From: an uncultured Enterobacteriaceae bacterium | GTDB lineage: Bacteria; Pseudomonadota; Gammaproteobacteria; Burkholderiales; SG8-39 | Length of the DNA stretch: 64,000 nt | Direction of reading: 5' to 3' | Assembly: GCA_964617355.1 (NCBI GenBank) | Contig: CAZTXP010000037.1 | Location: 2,270 to 66,269 of the forward strand | Part shown: positions 48,720-55,993 of the stretch, one piece after another | Position numbering within the stretch: position 1 is the first letter of the stretch | How the letters are laid out: every line of letters starts with the position of its first letter | Translations under genes and position numbers: made by a program | The notes under the pieces: model-generated | What the model was told of the DNA's origin: nothing | The model's input: only the letters and a program-made list of their open reading frames with translations | Databases searched by the model: none

Positions 48720-48815
48720 GGTGGCGTGGACCGTGGAAGGTTGAAAGCTTGCGTGAGCGGGGAATCGAGATACCGACTGTACCGGATGAATAAGGCTGCT
48801 GCGGCCCACCCTTCG

Positions 48816-49088
48816 TCAATGCACCAGCCCGATGATCCACGACAGGAACTTGTAGAACGTGATCGTCAGCGCCACGAAGCCGGCGAGCACCCACGCGAAC
48901 TTGTAGATCGTCCAGTCGGGCGTCCAGCCGAACACGAGGAGCCAGGGCTCGCGTGCTGCCTCTTCGTAGTCGTCCTGCGCGCTGCGCGCGAACGCCACCA
49001 GCGCCGGCCAGATCACCACGCACGCGAGCGCCAGCGCCACGCCGAGCAGCACCGGATGGTCGAAGAAATCGTCGAGGGTCTGGCTCAT
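48816..49088 (-). CDS. Hypothetical membrane protein
   Basis: 90 aa with two TM segments. Confidence 0.55.
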   Translation of the reverse strand: MSQTLDDFFDHPVLLGVALALACVVIWPALVAFARSAQDDYEEAAREPWLLVFGWTPDWTIYKFAWVLAGFVALTITFYKFLSWIIGLVH

Positions 49089-49107
49089 GCCCGCGCGGCC
49101 GCCCCTG

Positions 49108-49410
49108 TCAGAGCCACCACGTGTAGAAGAACACGCGCGGGTCGAAGCGATGCCGCAGCCAGGCGCTGAGCGCGCCGACGGCCGTCGAGACGATCGCGAC
49201 GACGAGAACCAGCCCGAGCCACGAGTCCAATGCGTCGCTCAGCCACAACGTGCGCAGCCGGAGATCCCATTTCATCCAGATCCACACGCCCATGATCGCG
49301 CCGAGGATCGCCCCCATCCCGCCGAAGATCGCGACGTCGTGGCGGCGCTCTCGCTGCTTGTAGGCCTCGGCGGCTTCTTCGCCTGGGGTCACCGAGCTAG
49401 CGTCCGTCAA
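49108..49410 (-). CDS. Hypothetical membrane protein
   Basis: 100 aa with two TM segments; TTG start uncertain. Confidence 0.55.
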   Translation of the reverse strand: MTDASSVTPGEEAAEAYKQRERRHDVAIFGGMGAILGAIMGVWIWMKWDLRLRTLWLSDALDSWLGLVLVVAIVSTAVGALSAWLRHRFDPRVFFYTWWL

Positions 49411-49466
49411 TCAGCACGAGAATCAGGATTGGCAGGGCGACCAGCCCCCCCGAGGGACACGCCTGG

Positions 49467-49982
49467 CTATCGCAGGCGCAACACACTGCCGGCCTTTACG
49501 TGGATGTGATGCGTGTCCTCGCGCCCGCGGCGCGCCGCGACGAAGCGAAGCACGGTATCTTCATTGAAGGACACCGACGCGAGCTCCTGGAAGAACGGGG
49601 CACCGAACGTTTGCACGGTTACCGTCGTGCCGCCCTGCAGCTTCGTGAACTGGGTGCCGAACGAATGTGAATACCAGTCCCAGCTGAAATCGTCCTCGGA
49701 CCGGCCGGATACCAGCCCGAACCCCGTCAGCCGGGGTTCACGGAAGACTCGCGCGCCGATCCAGAAGCCCTTTTCGAGTTCTATGGATTTCTCGACGATC
49801 TCCATTCCGTCGCGCACGTACGGCTTCGCCACGACGTCGGCAATCGAGTAAGTCCTGACCCCACTGGCAATGGACTTCGGACCGTCGCGCTGGAGTTCGA
49901 AAATCTCGTAGGCGATCGTCTCGGTCTGTGCGAACGCCGTCCCCGCGCAGAACGAGGCCAATAGCACGAGCGCTCGAATCAC
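49467..49982 (-). CDS. Hypothetical exported protein
   Basis: Signal peptide ending TAFAQ; beta-rich body. Confidence 0.6.
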   Translation of the reverse strand: MIRALVLLASFCAGTAFAQTETIAYEIFELQRDGPKSIASGVRTYSIADVVAKPYVRDGMEIVEKSIELEKGFWIGARVFREPRLTGFGLVSGRSEDDFSWDWYSHSFGTQFTKLQGGTTVTVQTFGAPFFQELASVSFNEDTVLRFVAARRGREDTHHIHVKAGSVLRLR

Positions 49983-50015
49983 GTGGCTTGACCTTAGCGG
50001 AATGCCGGCAAGCGA

Positions 50016-50327
50016 CTACTGCTCGACGACGAAGGAAATCACGACTTGCCGCGGCGTTTGCTTGAACTCGGCTATGACCGCGGCCTTCGACTTCGCGGCA
50101 ATGTCCGCTAGCGGCACGTTTGGCGGAATTCCCATGAATGTCACGGTTACGGAAGTGAGAGATCCGTTATGCCAGTTGAAGCCCGTGGCGGACTTGACCC
50201 CCAACGCCTTCTCCAAGCTTTCGGAAACGGCCTTCGAGTGCGCCACGCCTTCCTTGAGGCTGTCGATCGGGCCGCAACCAGGAAGTACCGCCAACGCGAC
50301 CAGGAGAACGACGGCACAGGCTTTCAT
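50016..50327 (-). CDS. Hypothetical lipoprotein
   Basis: MKACAVVLLVALAVLPGC lipobox. Confidence 0.65.
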   Translation of the reverse strand: MKACAVVLLVALAVLPGCGPIDSLKEGVAHSKAVSESLEKALGVKSATGFNWHNGSLTSVTVTFMGIPPNVPLADIAAKSKAAVIAEFKQTPRQVVISFVVEQ

Positions 50328-50608
50328 CGGAGCCCCCATTCGAAGCGAGAGGTAACGAGATCAGGCCAAGCCTCGGCCAGTTCGACCCTGCGTCGGCAAG
50401 CATATAGGCGCCGATGAAAAGATTCACTGGTACAAATCACCATCGGCCGGACTTTGGTCTCCGTCCATCAGGCGGCTTTCGGAACCCGTCACGGCTGATT
50501 CCTGAGGCACGTCGCGTAGAAGGGCGACTGCGCCACGCCCTATCTAGAACAACGTCGACGCCGCGCGCGAATGCTGTGTCCGGGCCGACGATATCGAAGC
50601 ATCCATGG

Positions 50609-51058
50609 TCATGCCGGATCCCGCGTGTACACGATGAACCCAAGATGCTTCGCCACCTTGTCGTACAGCGCGCGCCCGGCCACGTTGCCGACCTGCGTCT
50701 GCCAGTACACCCGCTGCGCGCCCGCGGCCCGCGCCTCCGCGTACACGCCCTCGATCAGCGCCCGCCCGACACCGGCGCCACGACGATCCGGGCGAGTGAA
50801 GAGATCCTGCAGGTAGCAGACCGGCTCGATCTTCGTCGTGCTGCGATGGAAGAGATAGTGCACGAGGCCCACCAGCCGCCCCTCCGACTCCGCCACCAGC
50901 GCGAACACCGGCTCCGCCGGATCGAAGAACCGCTCCCACGTCGCCGCCGTGATCGCCTCCGGCAGCGCCGTCTCCCCGGCGCGGCCGTAGAACGCGTTGT
51001 AGCCGTCCCAGAGGGGGCGCCACTCGGAGTAGTCAGCGCGGGCGATAGATCGGATCAC
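50609..51058 (-). CDS. GNAT N-acetyltransferase
   Basis: W..LW.GYN.FY, CYLQDLF..P..RG.GVGRALI, VYWQT...N..GR.LYDKVA. Confidence 0.92.
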   Translation of the reverse strand: MIRSIARADYSEWRPLWDGYNAFYGRAGETALPEAITAATWERFFDPAEPVFALVAESEGRLVGLVHYLFHRSTTKIEPVCYLQDLFTRPDRRGAGVGRALIEGVYAEARAAGAQRVYWQTQVGNVAGRALYDKVAKHLGFIVYTRDPA

Positions 51059-51645
51059 GATGGAAGCAGGCCGTTGTCTGAGGAACGTTCAACTCCGCCA
51101 ATCGAAGCCCCTGCAGCGATGGGTTGGGCCTGAGCTTCGAGAGTACGAACCAACATCCCTGCGCCAGTTAGCTGCCCGAGGAGAATTGCGATGTCCGATC
51201 GAAACCTCTCCGCCATGGCCTCCCTATCGCTTGGGTCAATCTCAGGATCGTTAAGCAACGGCGCCAATTCCTTGCGAAGGCTCAGAAACCGAATGACACG
51301 ATCCCTAAGCTTGGGGCTATCAAGTTTATGCGCCAGATCGTTCCGTATCGAGTTCAAGGCGTCGATTAGTGGCCACAGGCCCGTCCATACAATGTGTCCA
51401 GAAAGCGCCCGCGCGACCCTCGCTTTGACGAAGAAGCCGATCTCGATTCCGTTCAGGTGTTCTGGTTGTCTACAGTAGAAGCGGATCAGATCATCGAGCG
51501 CCTCGTCTGCGAGCAGATGCCCTTTCAGGGCTATGAGGATGAGGTCCTTTCCAAGGGGCAAATGCGTCCGTACCCGCTCAATGCGAATCTCCGCTTCCGC
51601 ATCGATCTGAAGTGGAACCCTGTCAGACACTGATTTCAGGTCCAA
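51055..51645 (-). CDS. Cassette protein, helical, with R-x4-H (HEPN/MtlR-like) motif
   Basis: TTG start lies inside the GTTGGAC core; LKGHLL..E and RNDLAH motifs; 3' end runs through a decayed attC. Confidence 0.7.
   Translation of the reverse strand: MDLKSVSDRVPLQIDAEAEIRIERVRTHLPLGKDLILIALKGHLLADEALDDLIRFYCRQPEHLNGIEIGFFVKARVARALSGHIVWTGLWPLIDALNSIRNDLAHKLDSPKLRDRVIRFLSLRKELAPLLNDPEIDPSDREAMAERFRSDIAILLGQLTGAGMLVRTLEAQAQPIAAGASIGGVERSSDNGLLPS
51080..51129 (-). repeat. Decayed attC site inside the ORF 3' end
   Basis: Minus strand GCCCAAC CCATC GCTGCAGGGG...GAACGTT; R'' intact, R' degenerate (GTTCCTC), centre shortened. Confidence 0.5.
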
Positions 51646-51744
51646 CGTCCACGGCCGCCAGCGCGCGCAAGGTGTGACGACTCACGATGTACGTCGCTCG
51701 CACGCACGTCCGAGTGGGTCGTGTTGCTAAACCGCAGGTTCAGT
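51640..51744 (-). repeat. attC site
   Basis: Minus strand R'' ACTGAAC ... R' GTTGGAC; internal dyad ACGACTCAC/GTGGGTCGT. Confidence 0.68.
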
Positions 51745-51761
51745 CGCCTCTGGCTCATAGC

Positions 51762-52124
51762 TCAGCGCGGCTCGCGCCAACCATTAAGTCGTCCGCCGAG
51801 GAAGTCCGCACTACCGCCCCTGGGGTAAGTCCACAAGGTTAGAGACGAGCTGGCATCGACCCTCTGTGGTTCGCCCAAGATGGAACGCACGTCGCTCTCC
51901 GTCATTCCGCGCCTAAGGGAGCGCCAGCTCTCCATTTGCCGCCAGCCGTCCGACTGACCAGGCACGGGCTTAGGGGCACTAGAGGGAGACGCGGGATACG
52001 TACCTTGCTTCTCAAGTTGCTCTACGCGACGTTCAAGGTCGCGAACGCGATCATCGAGGGACTGCGCAGACGCTACGGCGCAGAACACCGTGCCCAGAAC
52101 GATGCCAGCTAGACGCTCAATCAT
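51762..52124 (-). CDS. Cassette-encoded exported protein (coiled coil plus SmpA/BamE-like repeat)
   Basis: Signal peptide MIERLAGIVLG..ASAQ; W..L..GMT..DV..ILGEP. Confidence 0.65.
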   Translation of the reverse strand: MIERLAGIVLGTVFCAVASAQSLDDRVRDLERRVEQLEKQGTYPASPSSAPKPVPGQSDGWRQMESWRSLRRGMTESDVRSILGEPQRVDASSSLTLWTYPRGGSADFLGGRLNGWREPR

Positions 52125-52145
52125 CCTGAACCCCCGTTCTATGCA

Positions 52146-52244
52146 GCTTAACGTTCGCCATGACCGGATGCCGGCGCGCAAAGCGCGACGAGTACCCAAG
52201 AGCGGCTACACTTTTGTGCGCTCCGGTAGATTGCCGGGTTATGC
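52146..52244 (-). repeat. attC site
   Basis: Minus strand R'' GCATAAC (contains the upstream TAA stop) ... R' GTTAAGC; ACCGGA/TCCGGT dyad. Confidence 0.75.
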
Positions 52245-52841
52245 CGCCGTTTCATAGGTCGACCTATAGGCCTCCCGTAGTTTGATCGCGAGATCGTTAG
52301 ATTTGACCACCGATGCAATTCCTACCCCTGCCAGCAACGACAGCGTCGCGGATGACGTGAGCAGACCGGCGACATGCGCCGGTTTGTAGCTCTGAACAAT
52401 CTCGTCCCTTGTAGTTCTCGCCATTACTTGAATGATTCCACCGTGAGTGAAGTCACAGAGATTCCGCCACAACTTGCTCTTCATCCTCCGGAGCTCGCCA
52501 CGGGTGAAAGCCTCCCGCGCTTCCAGTTGCTGGATCAAAACTCCTGATTTAGGCGGCTCAGAACCCCGGAGGAAGTTGGCGATCTCTCGGTCCGACGCAC
52601 AGAGGTGATACCACGCCCCTCGCAGGTACGCCTCAAACTCTGGGCGGAAAAGTGCGAAGGCCGATCCGCATAGGTCATGCTCAACTAAGGTGTGAATTGC
52701 AGTGTAGTGCTCAATAGCCAGATGATGCAGTGACGCTGACACACGGGCCCGGTTCGTTGTGGAGAAACTGACGCCGTCGATCAATGACGTCGACTCCATC
52801 ATCCAACGTAGCGACTTTTTGAATGCGTCGTCAAGCGGCAT
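52239..52841 (-). CDS. Cassette hypothetical protein (DUF6988/DUF5677-like, helical)
   Basis: HLAIEH..AI, SAFALFRP.FEAYLRGAW, LCDFTHGG; family name from recall. Confidence 0.6.
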   Translation of the reverse strand: MPLDDAFKKSLRWMMESTSLIDGVSFSTTNRARVSASLHHLAIEHYTAIHTLVEHDLCGSAFALFRPEFEAYLRGAWYHLCASDREIANFLRGSEPPKSGVLIQQLEAREAFTRGELRRMKSKLWRNLCDFTHGGIIQVMARTTRDEIVQSYKPAHVAGLLTSSATLSLLAGVGIASVVKSNDLAIKLREAYRSTYETAA

Positions 52842-52890
52842 AGCGTCAACGCTGAGGCGCGCGCCGGTCTTTGCGCGTCGCCTCCGACGC
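52838..52890 (-). repeat. Decayed attC site
   Basis: Hairpin GCGTC..GAGGCG.CGCG/GCGCG.CGCCTC.GACGC; R' reads GCTATGC, one change from the GTTATGC that would pair with this cassette's own GCATAAC; R'' lost. Confidence 0.55.
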
Positions 52891-52891
52891 T

Positions 52892-53719
52892 CTATTGGCG
52901 TGTACTTTGACTAGAGGCTGCCGCGAGTGCATCACCGAACACCTGAGCGTAGTCCACGTCGAAGGGCTTTGAGACGACAACGAGTTTCCCGGAACCACTA
53001 AGATCCTCCAGTAAGGCCTTTGCTGCTTCGTGATCGATGGGAAGGGGAATCCTCCCAGGGCTTTCGATGTGCGCGGAGTGCGCGAGCCCTGCCGCATAAT
53101 CCGCCAGCAGAAGTAGAGGCTCTTCCTCCTCAGTTGCCACGAGAACCTCGCGAGTCTCGAATCTGAAGCCACGCTCTGCCATGCGGGGTTGATGGCGATC
53201 ACTCCGTTCAAAAAAATATCTGAACGCAGAAAGATTCTCCTCGCCCTGAATGTCCGAATCGCACACTATCGTTCGCTCGACAATTTCCAGCCCCCGGTAG
53301 TCGAGAATGCGGGTTCCCCGGCTAACCTTCACCGCGTGACCGAGCGCAATCCCGTATGCATGCGCGAGAAGGCCGAAGAGAGCGACGTTCGCAGGCTTAA
53401 CGAAGCCTGCCGGCTTACCGTCCTGCGCAACGATAGCGTCCTGGAGAGGCTTTGCGGCATCCCAAAATTCAGGCCAGCGTTCCGGGTCTTTGGTCATTGA
53501 AACAACTGCGACTGATGCTGCCCCGGCCATCAGCTTGACTGCAGCGTGTGCGTGCTCCATGCCGCAATCGCGCCACTTCGGAAGTTTGCGAACGTGATCT
53601 CGAATCGCTTCTGCACGCGCACTGTGAATGGCTACCGCTGCCCCTGTCATGCGATCACTTCCGGCGCTGGCTCTGGACCGGCGGCCTGCGATGTCGGCAA
53701 CTATCGTGTAACGGCTCAT
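52892..53719 (-). CDS. Cassette protein, DUF3800-like RNase H fold
   Basis: N-terminal IVADIAG, central VCDSD, C-terminal LLLADYAAG acidic motifs. Confidence 0.6.
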   Translation of the reverse strand: MSRYTIVADIAGRRSRASAGSDRMTGAAVAIHSARAEAIRDHVRKLPKWRDCGMEHAHAAVKLMAGAASVAVVSMTKDPERWPEFWDAAKPLQDAIVAQDGKPAGFVKPANVALFGLLAHAYGIALGHAVKVSRGTRILDYRGLEIVERTIVCDSDIQGEENLSAFRYFFERSDRHQPRMAERGFRFETREVLVATEEEEPLLLLADYAAGLAHSAHIESPGRIPLPIDHEAAKALLEDLSGSGKLVVVSKPFDVDYAQVFGDALAAASSQSTRQ

Positions 53720-53732
53720 CGCATGTTGTGCA

Positions 53733-53813
53733 CTCTAACTTTTCGCTTTTGCCGCGCGGCGCGATCGGCGGAGCCGAAGGCGTAACGCGTCGAGCAATAA
53801 CGCGGCGTTAGAT
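53733..53813 (-). repeat. attC site
   Basis: Minus strand R'' ATCTAAC ... R' GTTAGAG; inner dyads TTTTGC/GCAATAA, CGCG/CGCG, TCGGC/GCCGA; 81 bp. Confidence 0.82.
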
Positions 53814-53814
53814 C

Positions 53815-54114
53815 TCATGATCCCTTCTTCCATTTGTTGGCCGGAATCCACCTCTCCTCTTCCTCAAGGAATTTGAATAGGTCGTCATACTCGTTGGAGC
53901 CGGACGTCGTTTGATCCTCTACGCTGCAAAAGAAGCACTGCTCCTCGGGACGCCATACGACTTGAGTTATGCCGCGTGATGTGAACTGGGATGTCTCGAT
54001 GCCGAGCTCAACAAATGGTGCAAATGGGAGTTCCAGCTTGCGAAAGAACGACATTCCGTGCTGCTTGCGCTCGGAATCCTTCCATAGCGACACAGTAAGC
54101 ACAACGGTGTACAA
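53815..54114 (-). CDS. Cassette hypothetical protein (99 aa)
   Basis: ORF fills the space between two attC sites exactly; TTG start a few nt after GTTAGAC. Confidence 0.65.
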   Translation of the reverse strand: MYTVVLTVSLWKDSERKQHGMSFFRKLELPFAPFVELGIETSQFTSRGITQVVWRPEEQCFFCSVEDQTTSGSNEYDDLFKFLEEEERWIPANKWKKGS

Positions 54115-54117
54115 GAT

Positions 54118-54198
54118 GTCTAACGTCCCGGGTGTGGCGCAAAGCGCGCATAGCGCAGCGGTGCGCGAAATTGGTCAACTGCCAGCCGGCTGTTAGAT
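54118..54198 (-). repeat. attC site
   Basis: Minus strand R'' ATCTAAC (contains the TAA stop) ... R' GTTAGAC; CCGG..TGGC/GCCA.CCGG and GCGCGCA/TGCGCG dyads; 81 bp. Confidence 0.85.
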
Positions 54199-54651
54199 CT
54201 CACCCAGCCACCTGCGAATCAGCCTGTAGGAGCCAGATGTTGCCTCACGAAGCGGTGTGATCGTGGCTGTCATTACCAGATGCTCCCACTCACGCGCATT
54301 GGTGACGAAGTCTCCGTAGTAACGCACCTCGTCGACAGGGCGGAAATGTCGGAACCATACTCCAAGTTCTGGCGCTGTGGCCCGGATGTAGTTGTAGGGT
54401 CCTGAGATTCGCGCAAGTGCAAACGGAAAGTGGTGTGTGAAGAGAAGGACCCGGTCGCCCACATCCATCTCATGTGCAAACGCCCAGTAATTGCGTTGAT
54501 TTGTAGGGAGTGCTTCCTGCCTAACCGTCATTAGATCAGGAACGTCTTCCTCAAAGTCCAAGCCTATATATCCCGAAGTCAAGCTTTCCACCGTGTGCTT
54601 GATCGCACCCTCAGACTCACTTGGGTGCAGTTGCATTCGCCAGTAGGTCAC
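54193..54651 (-). CDS. Cassette protein, PUA/EVE-like domain
   Basis: YWRM, F..EM.VGDRVL, G.Y.YI, HFRPV pattern; GGAG RBS. Confidence 0.6.
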   Translation of the reverse strand: MTYWRMQLHPSESEGAIKHTVESLTSGYIGLDFEEDVPDLMTVRQEALPTNQRNYWAFAHEMDVGDRVLLFTHHFPFALARISGPYNYIRATAPELGVWFRHFRPVDEVRYYGDFVTNAREWEHLVMTATITPLREATSGSYRLIRRWLGEI

Positions 54652-54685
54652 TGTGTCTCCGATCGCGCGATAGCTTTGCTGTGAG

Positions 54686-54747
54686 GTCTAACGTGTCGTT
54701 CAGCGGCGCTCGCTCGCGAGGGGCCGCTGCAACGGATTCTTGAGGGC
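54686..54747 (-). repeat. attC site with degenerate R''
   Basis: Minus strand GCCCTCAAG AATCC GTTGCAGCGG...CCGCTGAAC GACAC GTTAGAC; L''/L' pair with one extra base. Confidence 0.75.
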
Positions 54748-55491
54748 GTCACCTTCCTGAACAATCAAGGCTGGTGGCGCCGCATACAGCAAAGATCGCA
54801 GAATCGGCCCACGAAAGCCCGTCTTCTCCCGGATTCGCACCTTTAATGCATCTACGTCGGGTTCAGGCATTCGAGGGTCTATCATGATCTGATCGATAAA
54901 TGCATAAGGGTCGACGCTGTAACAGTACAAGTCGCCAACCGTTTCTGCGGCACTGTGCTGGAAGTAAAGAAGCCTTACTTCGCGCTCGTGTTTGAATGCC
55001 GGTCTCTTGACTAAGAGGGTTTCCGCTGAGACTCGCGCCCGCAGTCGGTGCGCCCCTGGGAACCAGCTGCTAGCGAATGCGCTAAGCCGTCTGCTGGGGA
55101 GGTATCGAACCTTGCCGATAAACGCCTGGATCTGCGCATAGTCTCCAAGCACTGTGCTGAGACTCTCTGCCAACGTTTGGATAGTCGAACGTATGCGAAT
55201 TGCGCTTCGATTGGGGGAGTAGATGCGCCAAATTGCATCTGAGGACGATTGCAGGGTCCAGCATTGACCGTAGAACTGATCGTGAAAAGAGAACTGCGCG
55301 AGCTGTCCTGTCTCCAGTCTGATGCGAGCGCGCAGAATGAAGTTTTCAAAAGGGTCATCCCACTTCCTAGGCTTGACTAGAACGTTCTGTCGGTTCTCAA
55401 ACAGTTCAAAGAGTCGCTCCACTGGAACAATTCGATAGATATGCCGAGATCGCATGGCTCTCGGTATCTCAATGTAGTTGTCGTCATCCAT
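54700..55491 (-). CDS. Cassette protein, DUF2971-like
   Basis: YR, P..WDDPFE, CWT....SDAIW.IYS, K...F.HEREVR; reads through the attC. Confidence 0.68.
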   Translation of the reverse strand: MDDDNYIEIPRAMRSRHIYRIVPVERLFELFENRQNVLVKPRKWDDPFENFILRARIRLETGQLAQFSFHDQFYGQCWTLQSSSDAIWRIYSPNRSAIRIRSTIQTLAESLSTVLGDYAQIQAFIGKVRYLPSRRLSAFASSWFPGAHRLRARVSAETLLVKRPAFKHEREVRLLYFQHSAAETVGDLYCYSVDPYAFIDQIMIDPRMPEPDVDALKVRIREKTGFRGPILRSLLYAAPPALIVQEGDALKNPLQRPLASERR

Positions 55492-55511
55492 CGCCCGAGG
55501 TTCAGCGTCGC

Positions 55512-55545
55512 GCCCAACGTTGTATAGATCGCCTAGCAGTCGGGA
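55512..55545 (-). other. attI-like recombination site
   Basis: Minus strand TAGGCGATCTATACAAC-GTTGGGC ahead of the first cassette, with no partner R'' palindrome upstream. Confidence 0.5.
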
Positions 55546-55699
55546 TGCAATCCGACTGATCTAGCGAGTCTGTCCGATTCCGCATTGGAATCAAGTGCAA
55601 ACGAACATCTCCCGGAATCATCTGGTCCTGTCCAACGCTGTTCGTCAGGATTTCATTCGCCGAATCAGCCTTCTACACCCGCGCGGGTGGTCTCGCGCC

Positions 55700-55993
55700 A
55701 GCGCAATGTGCGAAAGCGCACCGGTTTCCCCCTTCGCCCCCGCCGCGCGCGACGCGGCGCGCCGGGAAAGAAGGCGAGGATTGTCCGAGCCCTGAGCGGC
55801 CCTTGCGAGGGGCGAGTTCCGCAGCCGCCCGGCGCGTCGCGGCGCGCGTGGTGCCCGTCGCGCCGGCAGGCGCGGCGGCGGGGGCGCAGGGGCGTGCTTT
55901 CCGGGCGTCACCTGCTTTGCACGAGCAAAGGAGGTGACCGCAGGTGCGGGGCGCGCAGCCCCGCGTAGCGAAGCGCGCAGCGCGAGAGCGCGC
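55700..55993. ncRNA. Highly structured non-coding element (multi-branch hairpins; repeat/MITE or structured RNA)
   Basis: 55729-55746 pairs with 55875-55892 (17/18); inner stem near 55747-55766/55828-55847; TCACCTGCTTTGC-ACGA-GCAAAGGAGGTGA and GCGGGGC-GCGCA-GCCCCGC hairpins. Confidence 0.5.

Larger units (their letters stand above)
51055..55545 (-). mobile_element. Integron gene-cassette array lacking an integrase in the window (CALIN-like)
   Basis: Seven single co-oriented, lower-GC ORFs separated by imperfect palindromes bounded by RYYYAAC/GTTRRRY cores; attI-like site at the 5' end. Confidence 0.85.

Noticed and set aside
49983-50015. attC remnant (GTCAAGC resembling R')
   Set aside because: The spacer is too short and no R'' or L boxes are recognisable.
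50328-50608. Additional attC site or small gene between the lipoprotein and the GNAT
   Set aside because: Only fragments (GTTGTTC, GTTACC, short hairpins) with no paired R''/R' cores; the overlapping ORFs lack credible features.
55585-55968. ORFs 55585-55968, 55645-55911 and the remainder of 55595-55795 as an integrase or other real gene
   Set aside because: No tyrosine-recombinase R-H-R-Y motifs; low-complexity translation of the palindromic element.
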